DNA of 64,000 nucleotides from Paraglomus brasilianum (Eukaryota): NCBI GenBank assembly GCA_910592345.1, contig CAJVPI010000042.1, positions 1 to 64,000 of the forward strand, read 5' to 3'. Shown piece by piece: positions 27,320 to 38,511 of this stretch (position 1 is its first letter; each line of letters starts with the position of its first letter). The notes under the pieces were generated by a model. It saw only the letters and a program-made list of their open reading frames with translations, ran no database searches and was not told where the DNA came from. The position numbers and the translations under genes were made by a program.

Positions 27320-27921
27320 CTGCATAAATGTCCAATTAGTTTTCTGCAGATTTTTCGTTTTAAGTCTCTTAAACCCGAGACAAATCGACTATTTACTTCT
27401 ATGTCCTTATTCTGTTCCAAATAATCACATAGAACCTGAATGCTTTCTAAAGTAATTTATTGGTGGACCCATGTCCTCTTCATCGTCAATGAATATCCTA
27501 CATTACAAGAACGTCTTTTCTAAATCATCAAATACAATCATCAATGATATAAAGAGGCATAAACAATTTACAAGAATGTTCGTTCTAAATCATCAAATGA
27601 AATAGCAAAGTCATCAATGATATAAAGAGGCATAAACAATTTACTATTACAAGAATGTTCGTTCTAAATCATAAAATGAAATAGCAAAGTCATCAATGAC
27701 ATAACGAGGTACAAACATTTCTTTAAATTACAAGAACTAGAACGGTCTTCTCTAAATCGTCAAATAAAATAGCAAAGTGCGATATAACAAGAAAATGTTA
27801 TCTGTAGATCTTTGTTTAATCACGTGAATACGACTTATCGAGAGTCATTTACTTGGAGAGGTTGTCCGACTTCAGCTTAACGAGAGTTTATATATGTCGT
27901 CCGACTTATCGAGTTTCACTG
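27320..27921 (-). mobile_element. Pogo/Tigger-like relic: one TIR, tandem repeats and a transposase C-terminal remnant
   Basis: The right end reads TA|CAGTGAAACTCGATAAGTCGGAC on the minus strand. Minus-strand remnant LESIQVLCDYLEQNKDIEVNSRFVSGLRDLKRKI resembles the remnants at 40310-41120. Confidence 0.5.
27503..27780. repeat. Tandem repeat (minisatellite), ~4 copies of a 66-85 bp unit
   Basis: TACAAGAATGTTCGTTCTAAATCATCAAATGAAATAGCAAAGTCATCAATGATATAAAGAGGCATAAACAATT recurs with indels. Confidence 0.85.
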
Positions 27922-28209
27922 TATATGTTTCCTGATAAAGGCTCCCTGCTCTAATAAGGAAATTACTTTAGGAGCATTAATTTCAATTGAATTTTGTATA
28001 ATAAAATACTCTATTCAAATGGCATTAAACCATATTTATTGTCACGGCTAATGCTGAAATCAACCAATGGGTTTAGAGAATAGAATCTGATCAACCAATG
28101 AAAGATCATGGTTTCATTTATTATTGAGCGCTAACGGGATCGAAATCTTATATTCCTATTGGTTACTTTCCAATACTATTATAATTCGAAGCGTTATCTC
28201 TATATAGCA

Positions 28210-28313
28210 TGTTGTGTCTGAGTTTGGGACCTGTCTCAATTCAGAACCCAGTCACTCAGTCAGAACTCAGTTGTCTCAGTCCAGAACTGAGATAAGTCCC
28301 CAACTGACATACA
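28210..28313. mobile_element. Short interspersed TIR element, copy 3
   Basis: Near-identical to 26311-26424. Confidence 0.75.
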
Positions 28314-28335
28314 CTTTCTACTTACAACTATCACC

Positions 28336-28920
28336 TTGGTGTATGTCTATATGTATAACAGACATGAGGAGATCTTGTCCTGGACCTGTTATTCAGATAA
28401 TTTTGAAAATAAAGTTGCTGAAACTTGTCATGATACAGGAGTTACCGATAAAACTGCAAGAACACAAATATATAAGGAAATGTTAGGACATCTAATTGGT
28501 GTTACGCTAGTTGCCTTACGGATTAAAACTCTTAGAGCTAAAAAAATTCGCAAATTATTTGGAGAGAATGGTGTAGGAATTGATTAAATTAAGTATGTGC
28601 AAATGAAATTTCAAAATTAACTAATGCACAAATTCAAAATTTTATAGATATCAAAAAACGTTTCCTCGGGAAATGATCAGAGTCACATGCCTTCGAAAGC
28701 AACCAATAGTGATCAAACTAATGTATCTTCGAAACCTGTTTCTACCACATCTCATCCATAATCTAAGCTAACTTATGATCGATCCCAAAACATTGGACTA
28801 ATATCCTACTTTATATAGAGAATATAGCAGTGAAATTTTTGATTATTATGGCATTACTGATGAGACATCATGCCCATTATGCAAGTTAGATCATAATGAT
28901 GAAGAGATAGATATAAAACT
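28336..28920 (+). pseudogene. Relic of a repetitive Glomeromycotina hypothetical-protein family
   Basis: ARTQIYKEMLGHLIGVTLVALRIKTLRAKKIRKLFGENGVGID* then, across stops and frameshifts, ANEISKLTNAQIQNF. Confidence 0.55.
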
Positions 28921-29373
28921 GGATCCTATTTTATTAAAATGTGAACAGCGCGAAATTGAGATAGTTGCATAGTTTCATTATTTAATAATACTACATTTGC
29001 TCACGCTTCATTGTGATTTTTTTTACAGGGCCAATTACGTCGACTATACTTACTATAATTTAAATTGATTTGCAATCATATAAAAGACAATATGACCAAG
29101 TCTGATAAAGTATTATCTGGATTGGTATGCCAAATTAAGTGGGTTACCAAGCGTTTTGCTGTCTTGACAGATAAAACTCATATAAAACAACTGTTAGCTG
29201 TGACATTTAATGTCACAATTCTTCAATAAGGTTTTGAATAAAAATTATATGACTGAATTCCGACTACTGATCAGATCTGTAATCCCTCTATAAAACTAAC
29301 TTGTTCCCCAATTCTGCAAAAAAAAATTTTTTTCTTTTCTCATTTATTGTTGTGATGCAAAATAACAGTGAAA

Positions 29374-30570
29374 ATGTCTATTAATGGTACGCCTATTACC
29401 CTTGGTGTCTTGAATACAGAAGTAGTTCCTTCTCCGTTACCATTGGAAACCATAATTCTATTTTTGATCTAAAGAAAGCTATCTTCGAGGAATTAGTGTA
29501 CCTGACAACTAAAAACTTAGTTTATGGAGTGTTAATGTTGAGGAAAGGAGTAACACTCCTGATGGTTTAATGACTGATAAAAATGAAATAAAAATTGCAA
29601 CGCAAAAAGTTAGCAACACATTCCATGGAGTTCAAGGTAATAACATTCGAGTTGTTGTTAGAGTTCCTATTGCCACCGGTGAGTCAATAATTTTTAGTCA
29701 ACGCGATATAGCATAATTTTTTTCGTCTCCTCTGTCATAATACCGAATACTTACATAATCTTGTGCTTTTCTCTCCTGCTTCTTATAGTCAAACCCGCCC
29801 AAAAAACACTCGCGTTATCGTAGAGCAACCCGTTATTGGTAAGTGAGTCGTAGCAAAAATCAGTGAACACTATATGGTTTACTTTTATAATCTTTGTTTC
29901 GTTGTCAACCTAGTTTTGTTGGTTTTATTAATACTTATGAAGGGAATATCTTTTCTTGTAGCAAGACCTCCAGACAATTCTGTCCACGTTTTTATCGATA
30001 ACTCTAACCTCTTTATTGAAGGTTCGAAAGTTGTTGTCGATTAGAAAATGTGAATGTCTATGACGACACTTCCTCGATTTTTATGTAGATCATGGCCTAC
30101 TTGTCACAACAATTTTAAATGGACGAAAATTGGGCAGTACTTTTGTTGTCGGCTCTGTTCCGCCACCTAATGATGCGTTGTGGGACCGAGCTAGGTCTCA
30201 TGGGTGTGAAGTAACAACTTACAAACGAAACGCATCAAACAAAGTCGACACAGCACTTGTTTGCCGTGCAATGCGTTTCATACTTACTAAAAAACATTCT
30301 ACGTTATTGCTAGTTGCTGGCGATAGTGACTATTGTTCTCTAATAAAGGAAGCCAAAGAAGAAGATTGGAAGATTGAAACATGGTTTTGGGATGGATCAA
30401 GTTTCCCACAGGAATGTCTGGTGAACTTAAAAATATTTCGACTTATATACCGTTGGATAATTACTACAAGTCTTTTACATATATCACAGGACTTGATTTC
30501 AAAATATACCCTTGAGATCAGCGGTAATATTATTAAGGATTGGCATTATAGAAATGACGCACTTAAGTAA
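29374..30570 (+). pseudogene. Crinkler-like N-terminus + NYN (PIN-fold RNase) domain gene, frameshifted
   Basis: KNLV/LWSVNV and NNIRVVVRVP header motifs. After introns: VHVFIDNSNLFIEG, VVGSVPPPNDALW, KVDTALV, LLLVAGDSDY, WKIETWFW. Several stops and frameshifts. Confidence 0.75.
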
Positions 30571-31206
30571 ATGCATAAAGAAGGAAAAGTCCAATCTTTT
30601 GGATTCATTTCTTCTAGGAATGCTAATAGGGAGCATATTATCTCAGTGCAAAAAAATAATATAAGTATTTATGAGACTGAGATAAAGCGCCTTTATCTGG
30701 AGATTACATCCCGTCAGTTTCTCGTTCAGATAAAGCATCAATATCGCATGATAAACATTTTAAATCCAACACATTGATAAGTATTTGGATTCTGTGCGAG
30801 AGAATTACAATAAAATAGCACTCTCGATTCCCCCTAAACCGCAAGAGATAAATCCTCTTCCAAAAAACTTTCAAAGCCCACAAGCAGAGTTAGAAAACGT
30901 ATCTAACAGAGTTTCGAATATTCGATCCTCAAATTGCAAAAGTAATACAAGCGAAATATTTATCTCTTCTCTGTTTGCAAGACAAAATAATTTATTACCA
31001 TCATGATCTCAATCAACCAAAAGTGATGATATTAGAGAATGGGACAGTAATCAAGTTTGTCTAACTGATTTGACTGACTGACTGATTCGATATTTAACTT
31101 ATTTTACACTTCTATCGCGAGGGACTTTTATCCACATAATTTACAACTTCCTTTGGCCAGCTTTTAGACTAGCTCCTATTTGACCATATTAATGTTAATG
31201 GGGTAA

Positions 31207-31485
31207 GGGGCAAGCCCCTTATAAAATTTACATATGGAGTTTTTTGTTCTGCAGATCTCTTGCCGATCATTTTACAATAGTATAATCTTCAAATCGATAA
31301 TATATTAATAAGGCTTTTGAAGGAAGCAAGCTACACGCCTGAAGAATGCTTAAACATGTGCTCTTTAGACATTTTTTTGCTACTTTTATAAAAAAGTCGC
31401 AAATAAATAAGGTTTAACAATAAAACCCTACATTTATGTCAAGTAAATTGAAAAATCGGCTACCTTTGTTCGAATGTACGTTATA
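31207..31485 (+). repeat. Dispersed direct repeat, copy 1 (partner at 34382-34850)
   Basis: GGGGCAAGCCCCTTATAAAATTTACATATGGAGTTT..TCAAGTAAAT.GAAAAATCGGCT..ACGTTATA is shared. Confidence 0.85.
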
Positions 31486-33338
31486 TAACACTAGTTTGTG
31501 TGTGTACCATTTATTTGCGAAACTAGTAGGATTTGAATCCATCGTATTATCACTACCAGATAATGAATGCTTAATTTAGAAATCAAAAATAAGGTGCATT
31601 AGTTTATTGACCATTTGATAGTCGAGAGTATATATATTGTAGATCGTGCATTTATGGAATGCTATTAAGAATTCACGTGACTAATAGTAATAGTAATATA
31701 GTCCTAATATATATTTGCTAGTTACATTCCTATTTACATTATTATGTTGATTGAAATACTATTATTACTGTCTTCTTCTTTGAACATGTCTACAATTTCT
31801 GTAATAATATGACCGTCATCTATAATTTCATAAACTACGTCTTCTTCAGGAATTGACAGAATCGTTTCAATTTTCATAGACTTTGATAGATGAAGGCTTT
31901 CCAAAGATCTTCAGAGACCGAATCTTCAACAGCATGGATATTCTCCGAAAGATTTGATTAATACTGACGGGAAGAATTCCGGTATGATGCCAGCATTGAC
32001 GGGTGGTTTCATCTGTAACTTCGTCCCATGCCTTAATAATAAATTGGATGGCTTGCAATACGTTTATTTTTAAATGTTGTATCTGCCACCCAGATTCAAC
32101 TTGCTCCAGCAACCAACTATGAATAGGACTAACGTTAACGCTAATCTCCTAATACAAAATAATATAAAGTCAAGAATAATATCTTACCGAATCTGGTAAC
32201 GACGGTAATGTCTTTTAAATGCCAGCATCCATTGGTTTCGCAGTTCGGTGGCAAAAAGTGGATGTCAACATGTTGAAGCATTAAACCCTATGACTTGGGC
32301 AATTATCGATAAGTAATAATGCGCGATTATTTCGGCAACTTGCTTATCAAATTGTTGAACCCATTCCTGAAAGAGAGATGTAAGCATCCAAGCCTTGTTA
32401 TTATTCCGATACATTATTGGCAAGTTACGAAGGTTAACATTATCAAAACATCGCGGTTTTGCGTATTTGCCAACAATAAGGGGATTTAGAGATCCATCAG
32501 CGTTTGCGCAAAACGCAATGGAAAGATGTTCTTTGTCTTTTTTATGACCTTCAAGACGCTTAGTAGCCAGCATTTAATCGGGTTCCAGTCTAGAAAAAGT
32601 TTGTATGAGAATTTATGTTGTAAAACACTCACAGAGAATCATAATTTACCGATAAAAAGCCCGTATCATCCATGTTATAAATTCGCTCAGGGGGATAATT
32701 ACTACATATACGTACGTACGTGTATTATGCAGTTGTGGTAGAGCCTCAGCAACAATGGTTAGGTTAACAGATGCTCCTTCTCCGTGAAGTTTTACTTGGT
32801 GAATATTGTTGCGATCTTTGAATTTATGGAACCATCCAACGGAAACATTTTCAGTTGACTCGCCAGCATCTTAGCGCGCAGGATTAAAATAGCACCACTT
32901 GATGCTGACGCATCAGAACAAATTCTTTAAGAGCTTGCTCAAGTTGCGGATACGTAACTAATCTATGTCTTTTTGTGTTTGGTGTAGTAACATCATTAGA
33001 CAGCCACACATCTTTTGAAAAATTCGGGTTATAATAGATTCGTTAACTCTGACTCCCCATTTATTCTCAATCAAATTAACATACTCTAACCGAGGTTTTG
33101 GATTATTTTGTAATTGAGCATACAGACACGTTCGCGCTTTTGAGCATCTGTCAAAGTAATCTTTATGGCCTGATGTGCGATCTGCGTTGTACGATGGCCT
33201 GAATTATGGAATAATGCAAAGTCTGGTTACAATTCGTACCAAGTTTGGTAATTTTTGATAATCAATGTCACATGAGTGCGTTTACAAAATTATTTTTCAT
33301 ATAGCAAATAAATGGTACACACACAAACTAGTGTTATA
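31484..33338 (-). mobile_element. Full-length pogo/Tigger-family DNA transposon with a decayed CENP-B/DDE_1 transposase
   Basis: Perfect 35-bp inverted ends TATAACACTAGTTTGTGTGTGTACCATTTATTTGC. Minus-strand motifs ITLTDAQKRE, GWFHKFKDRNNIHQVKLHGE, CANADGS, YRNNNKAWM, LIDNCPSH, PMDAGI, AWDEVTDETTRQCWHHTGIL, broken by frameshifts. Confidence 0.92.
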
Positions 33339-33347
33339 CGGTACTAA

Positions 33348-34370
33348 TGTTATGACCCGTTCTAGGATTTGACCCGTTCTGAGAACGGGACAAAAATTGT
33401 TGCTTTGCAAAATGTGATAATCTACAGAAAATTTTTTATCACAGTGATACGCATAGCATACTATTCACAATAATACTAACTATGTTCATTCTAATAACAC
33501 GTTTGATATTAAATGTATGGGCATCACGCAAAGCCATTCTGACCAAGGAATCGATTGAAATTCTTGCGGTCAGATAAAGTATAAACACTGAGTGCAAACG
33601 TTCAGTATAATGCATATAGGCGAAACGAAAATACTATTACTCAAAAAAGCGTGCGTTAGAGAGGATATGTATGATGCAATCGGTTCTGTTCATGAAAACT
33701 TGCAACACGCTGGGTACGGAAAGACATTCGACGAGCTCAAGGAACGATACAGCTACATTCCTAGAAAATTAGTTGTCGCCTTTGTCAATGCATGTAGCTT
33801 CTGTACAAGTCGATGGCCAATGTTGACCAATATCTGCAAGCCCATTATTGCCATGAATTTATGTCGCGGGTTCAAATGAACTTGATCGATCTGAGAATTC
33901 AGCCGGATGGTGACTACAAATGCATACGTAAATCATGCCAGAGATTATTTCCTGAGCAAGTGCAAATCCAAGATATAAACATTGGGTACTGCAAGCGTTC
34001 AGTATAATGCAAATTGGCGAAACGAATGTGTGATAGAGAGAATATGTGCGATGTAATCTGTTTTATACAATGTGTATTCAGCGTTAACAAATAACTGCTA
34101 GTTGATAAAAGCGTTAACTAATTAAAAACTTTATTATTATGTTGTTCATATTAAATAAATTGGTGTTTATTATATTATTTACATCATTATGAAGTGATAT
34201 AATGGCTGTTTGACATATGCGTCAAACCAATTGCGTTAAGTAAAGAAAAAAGCTTGTTATACATATTTGGTATAGTCTACAAAATATCTGTTTAGTGTGT
34301 GTTACAGTGATAAAAAAATTTTCGTAGATTATCACAAATTTGCAAAAACCGAAATTGGGGTCTCATAACA
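33348..34370 (+). mobile_element. Ginger2-like (KRBA2/SCAND3-type integrase) DNA transposon, internally deleted
   Basis: TGTTATGA..TCATAACA termini with ~45-bp subterminal inverted repeats (TTGCAAAATGTGATAATCTAC.GAAAATTTTTTATCAC). HHCC motif VHENLQHAGYGKTFDELKERYSYIPRKLVVAFVNACSFC, then FMSRVQMNLIDLRIQPDGDYK. Confidence 0.75.
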
Positions 34371-34381
34371 AACATAGTAAT

Positions 34382-34850
34382 GGGGCAAGCCCCTTATAAA
34401 ATTTACATATGGAGTTTCTTCTGCAGATCTCTTACAGATCATTTTAAACGTATAATCTTCAAATCGATAAGGTTTTTGAAGGAAGCAAGCTAACGCTGTG
34501 GCAATATATGCTCTTTAAACTGACAGCCGCATTTTTTTTCTACTCTTACAAAAAAGTTATGAATAAATAAGTTTTAACAATAAAAACTTACATTTACCGT
34601 GAATAAGAGCCACCTTCATCAGGGGGCTCTTATTTGGTTGCGCCTTAAAAACAATGCAAAATGATCTACGAATCGTCACGTAACAATTGTCCACGTTATC
34701 TCTGTTTATTACATAATCACGAATTACAGTATATTTAATATAAATAAAGTAATATATCATAACATTACAGCCCTTATTCACGATAGTTTACGGTACGTCA
34801 AGTAAATCGAAAAATCGGCTGCTTACATTTGTTTGCCCACTGACGTTATA
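34382..34850 (+). repeat. Dispersed direct repeat, copy 2, interrupted by a MITE
   Basis: Colinear with 31207-31485 apart from the insertion at 34597-34793. Confidence 0.85.
34597..34793. mobile_element. ~200-bp MITE with TA duplication (pogo-type ends)
   Basis: TA|CCGTGAATAAG..CTTATTCACGATAGTTTACGG|TA; absent from the paralogous copy (single TA at ~31435). Confidence 0.75.
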
Positions 34851-35317
34851 CCTATCAAAAGTCACGGGGCACCCCCAAAATTTACTAGTAAAAAACAAAA
34901 AACTCTCCGGCACATGTGTACTATACGACGGATAATATTTTTTTTTTGTATGGTTCGGAAGCTAATTGATTGTGCTTTTCCAAAAAATTAACAAAAAAAA
35001 TTTTTTTTAATATTATCGTTATAAAAACGAAGTGTGCGTATACGTGCTATACATATATAATTATAGATTTTCATATCGTGATTTAAAGACAGCTACTTCA
35101 ACTTGCTACCACTTTATAACGATAATAATAATATAAAAAAATTTTTTTGTTAATTTTTTTTTGGAAAATCACAATCAATTAGCTTCTGAACCATACAAAA
35201 AAAATATTATCCGTCGTATAGTACACATGTGCCTGAGAGATTTTTGAAAAGAAAGACATTCCATCTTTTTTTACTAGTAAATTTTGGGGATGCCCTGTGA
35301 CTTTTGATAGGCCACTG
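34851..35317. mobile_element. Foldback MITE with ~170-bp inverted arms
   Basis: CCTATCAAAAGTCAC.GGGCA.CCCCAAAATTTACTAGTAAAAA..GGCACATGTGTACTATACGACGGATAATATTTT mirrored at 35115-35311. The right end reads CAGTGG on the minus strand; the left terminus lacks these bases. Confidence 0.85.
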
Positions 35318-35526
35318 TGACATGCGCACGTTATTAAAATTTCCCATGGAAATTGCAGGTGGCTGTGCACTTCTCTTTCAACGTGACTAGGGGAAAACAA
35401 AGCAGAAAACGAAAGGAGGGACGAGAGAGAAAACAAAGGGAAGAACAAGAGAAAAAACGAAAGGAAGAACAAGAGGAAAAACGAGTTCAACAAGCAACTG
35501 CAGCTGCAAGCACAAGCAAACAAGAG

Positions 35527-38511
35527 ATGTCTGATGTCCAGTTGTTTGATTCTGTTCAAATAGAGACTGAGGTAGATATTACTAGCCTGTTTTGGATGCT
35601 CAGAAAGTTCCTTTGTGTTGTACAGTTTATGTGTGGACTTGTTTGTTTGCTGGTTACTTATTTTATACTTGCATATGCAGAAGGAGGCTCAGGCCACTAC
35701 ATCTGGAACTTCTGCCACCCATGGTCCAATTAAATTGTTCTGTCTTTTTTATGGTGATGACATTGAAAATGCATTTCCAGTTTCTGCTGACAAGAATGAA
35801 ACCATTGGAGATCTCAAGCAAACCATCAAGGTGGAGCAGCCAGGAATGTTTGCTAATGTTAATGCAAAAGATCTTGTAATGTGGAGAGTTAATATTCCTG
35901 ATACTGAGGATAATGAGAAAAAGATTGAGCAACTTCGAAACAATGAGAAAACCATTGAAGAGTTAGGTGGCATCAAGATAAAATATATGACAAAGCGAGT
36001 TGGAGAGATGTTTGGTACTCCCACTTCAGGATCCATCCACATTGTTGTCAAGTGTCACAGTAAGTAGTGTGATATTGTTATTGATTAATTCTTAGCCACT
36101 TGCTTGTGACATCAACTAATTAATTCACATGCCATCTGCCTTACATATCTATATCCAGGTGTTACCAGACCAGGTAACAACTTCATGACTCAGTGTTGAG
36201 GCATGGAGTAGAGCATAGCAAATTTGAAATTATCAGATGATGATTATGGCTAGCCAGTGCTTTTTCCTTTTCCTTTCCACACTATCTTATGCCTGTTTCC
36301 CCATTTCTTGTTTTAAATTTTTAGAGGATTCTTTCCAAGTCAGAGTCAAACGTATGAGAGAAGAAGGACTACGCATCAAAGGGAACTGGAGAAAAAGACC
36401 TGCAATGGAAATCTCTGTCACAAAGTCTTTTCAAGATCAGAAAGGTAATGACCATTTTGCTACCTATTTGCTTGTGTCATTTATTTCACTCACATATACA
36501 ATGATTATAGAGGTTGCACGATTTAGTTATGGTGTACAGTCCTATGAGACTATTCTTCAAAGCAATCTCTTTTTTGTTGCACATATGAAATTGTTCATGG
36601 ATCCACCAAGCCAATGCCTTTTCCTTTGTCGACCAAAACGTCATGGAAAAACACTCCTGTGCTCTCTGGCACAATGTTTCTATGACACAAGGAATGCACT
36701 TTATTTTGACAAAATGTTCCCTGGCATCAATTCTGATCTTTTCACCCCATGCCCTTGTTCTTTCATGGTGCTTTCACTGAATTTTTCTGCACTTCAACCA
36801 AATGACACTTCCTTGTGTGACTGTGGCTCTGAGTTTGAGCAGAATTTTCAAAACCAACTGTGAGGTGCTTTGATTATGTTCTGTGAATGTTATGAACTGG
36901 ATTTTCCTGTTTCAGTGTCCAAAGATGTCATTACACTGTTTGTGGAATTGGTGGGTTTACTGGAGGTACTGAACAGCCCGGTAAGTGACATGAACTTAAT
37001 TGGTATTAATATGTAAAGAATGCAAATCTAACTATCATGAAACAGATTATGATCATAGTTGATGAGTATGATTCTTCAGTCAACCCTGCTTTGCTGTTTC
37101 CAGAAGCAGAGCCATATCGAAAATATCTTCAACAACAAGGTTCTGTGTACTTCCGCTTTTTCACAGTACTCAAACAAGCCCTTGCAGTTCCCAGAAATCG
37201 TGCACTGATTGTTGGGGTTGCTCCTCTAGCCATTGCTGACTTCACTAGTGGATTTAATGTTGCCTTAGATATGACATGGAATTCACAATACCAGGATGTG
37301 TGTGGTATCTTGGTTGATGATATCCAGCCTGTTCTCCAGAGTATTGGACACAAGTATAACTGGGATGTGATGAAGACAAAAGAAGTCTCTGACATGTTGA
37401 TTAATTTCTATGATGGCTACCATTTTGGTGGTGATTTAAGTGTTTTCAATGGTGGACAAATAGTCAATTGTTTGCAGCATCTCCTCCAGAAAGGCACATT
37501 CCCAGAAAGTCTGGTTGATATCAACACTAATCTCTCAGAGAGTGTGCTGCAATTTCTGTCAAAGGGTCAGAATGATAAATTTTATCTGCTTCTTCTACAA
37601 CTCCTCACAAAGCCAGTCCCATTTAAGCTGTCCACAGCCTTTGTCATTAATGAGGTAAGGAAGGAATTGAATGATGGAAAGCCTAATACACTCCTCTCTT
37701 TGATGGTATACTATGGAGCACTGACAGTAGTTGGGGTTGATGAGGTAAGTAAGATATATGTTATGTGTACAGTGGTCATAATCATTGTCATAATAATAAT
37801 GTAACCTTGGTGTTTCTGCAGCAAATATATGCCAAAATCCCCAATCGAGTGGCTCGTGAAGTGTTTGTTCAGCAATTGTTGCAAAACCTGCAGAAACTTA
37901 ATTTAGGAGAACAAGCACAAGTTTCTGCTGCAGTGGGTTCATTTCTCGATGAGCTTGATGTGGCTCCTCTTGTCAAGCTGCTTTTGGATAGCTCACTGCT
38001 TCCCAAAGAGGATTATGGTGATGTTGTTCATTCTGTGGAGTCAACACTTAAAACCCGCTTTCAAGCTCTTATCCTGGCTGGCCTTGCTGAGGATGTGAGA
38101 CATCAACTGATAAATGAATTCTGCTTTGACAAATCTGATGTCTTTCTTGGCCAAGCAGACACTGTCATGATTCCTCCCCATGCTTCAAGTTTAGACCCTG
38201 TGCTATTGATTGAATTCAAGAACTCCCACATCAGTGATTTGGAGGGTATGCCACCAAATTGGCAAAAGCAAGTTGAGAAGTCTCAAGAGTTTCTCGATTA
38301 CAGTGAAAGTGAGCTTAAAGATCTGCGATTGAAGTTCTCTGGGTACAACCATTTCAGAACTATTGAAGAACAGTGGAATAATGCACACAAAGAACTGCTA
38401 ACAAATGCAAAAAAGCTCAAAAATAATTTTTCTGGTAAAACAATTATTGGATTTGTGATATACCAAATTGGTCTTCACCGAATATTGTTTGAACGCTATG
38501 ATAATCTGTAG
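35527..38511 (+). pseudogene. Crinkler (CRN) N-terminal domain + AAA-ATPase-like NTPase + PD-(D/E)xK nuclease gene with one in-frame TGA (36861-36863); probable exons 35527-35571, 35681-36059, 36159-36173, 36325-36444, 36510-36980, 37046-37744, 37822-38511
   Basis: IKLFCLFYGD..NAFPV..ETIGDLKQTIK..AKDLVMWRVNIP..SIHIVVK. FSYGVQSYETI, Walker A RPKRHGKT, Walker B IIVDEYD, FYDGYHF, MVYYGALT, KIPNRVAR. E..GQADTVMI..LLIEFK. Start codon uncertain. Confidence 0.85.

Noticed and set aside
31207..34850. Direct repeats as LTRs of a retrotransposon
   Set aside because: No TG..CA ends, PBS/PPT or RT, and the interior is fully explained by two DNA transposons.
35527..38511. Bacterial/endosymbiont contamination, or TGA=Trp (Mollicute code), as the explanation for the NTPase-nuclease gene
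   Set aside because: The gene has multiple GT..AG introns and a CRN header, and Trp is encoded by TGG elsewhere in it.
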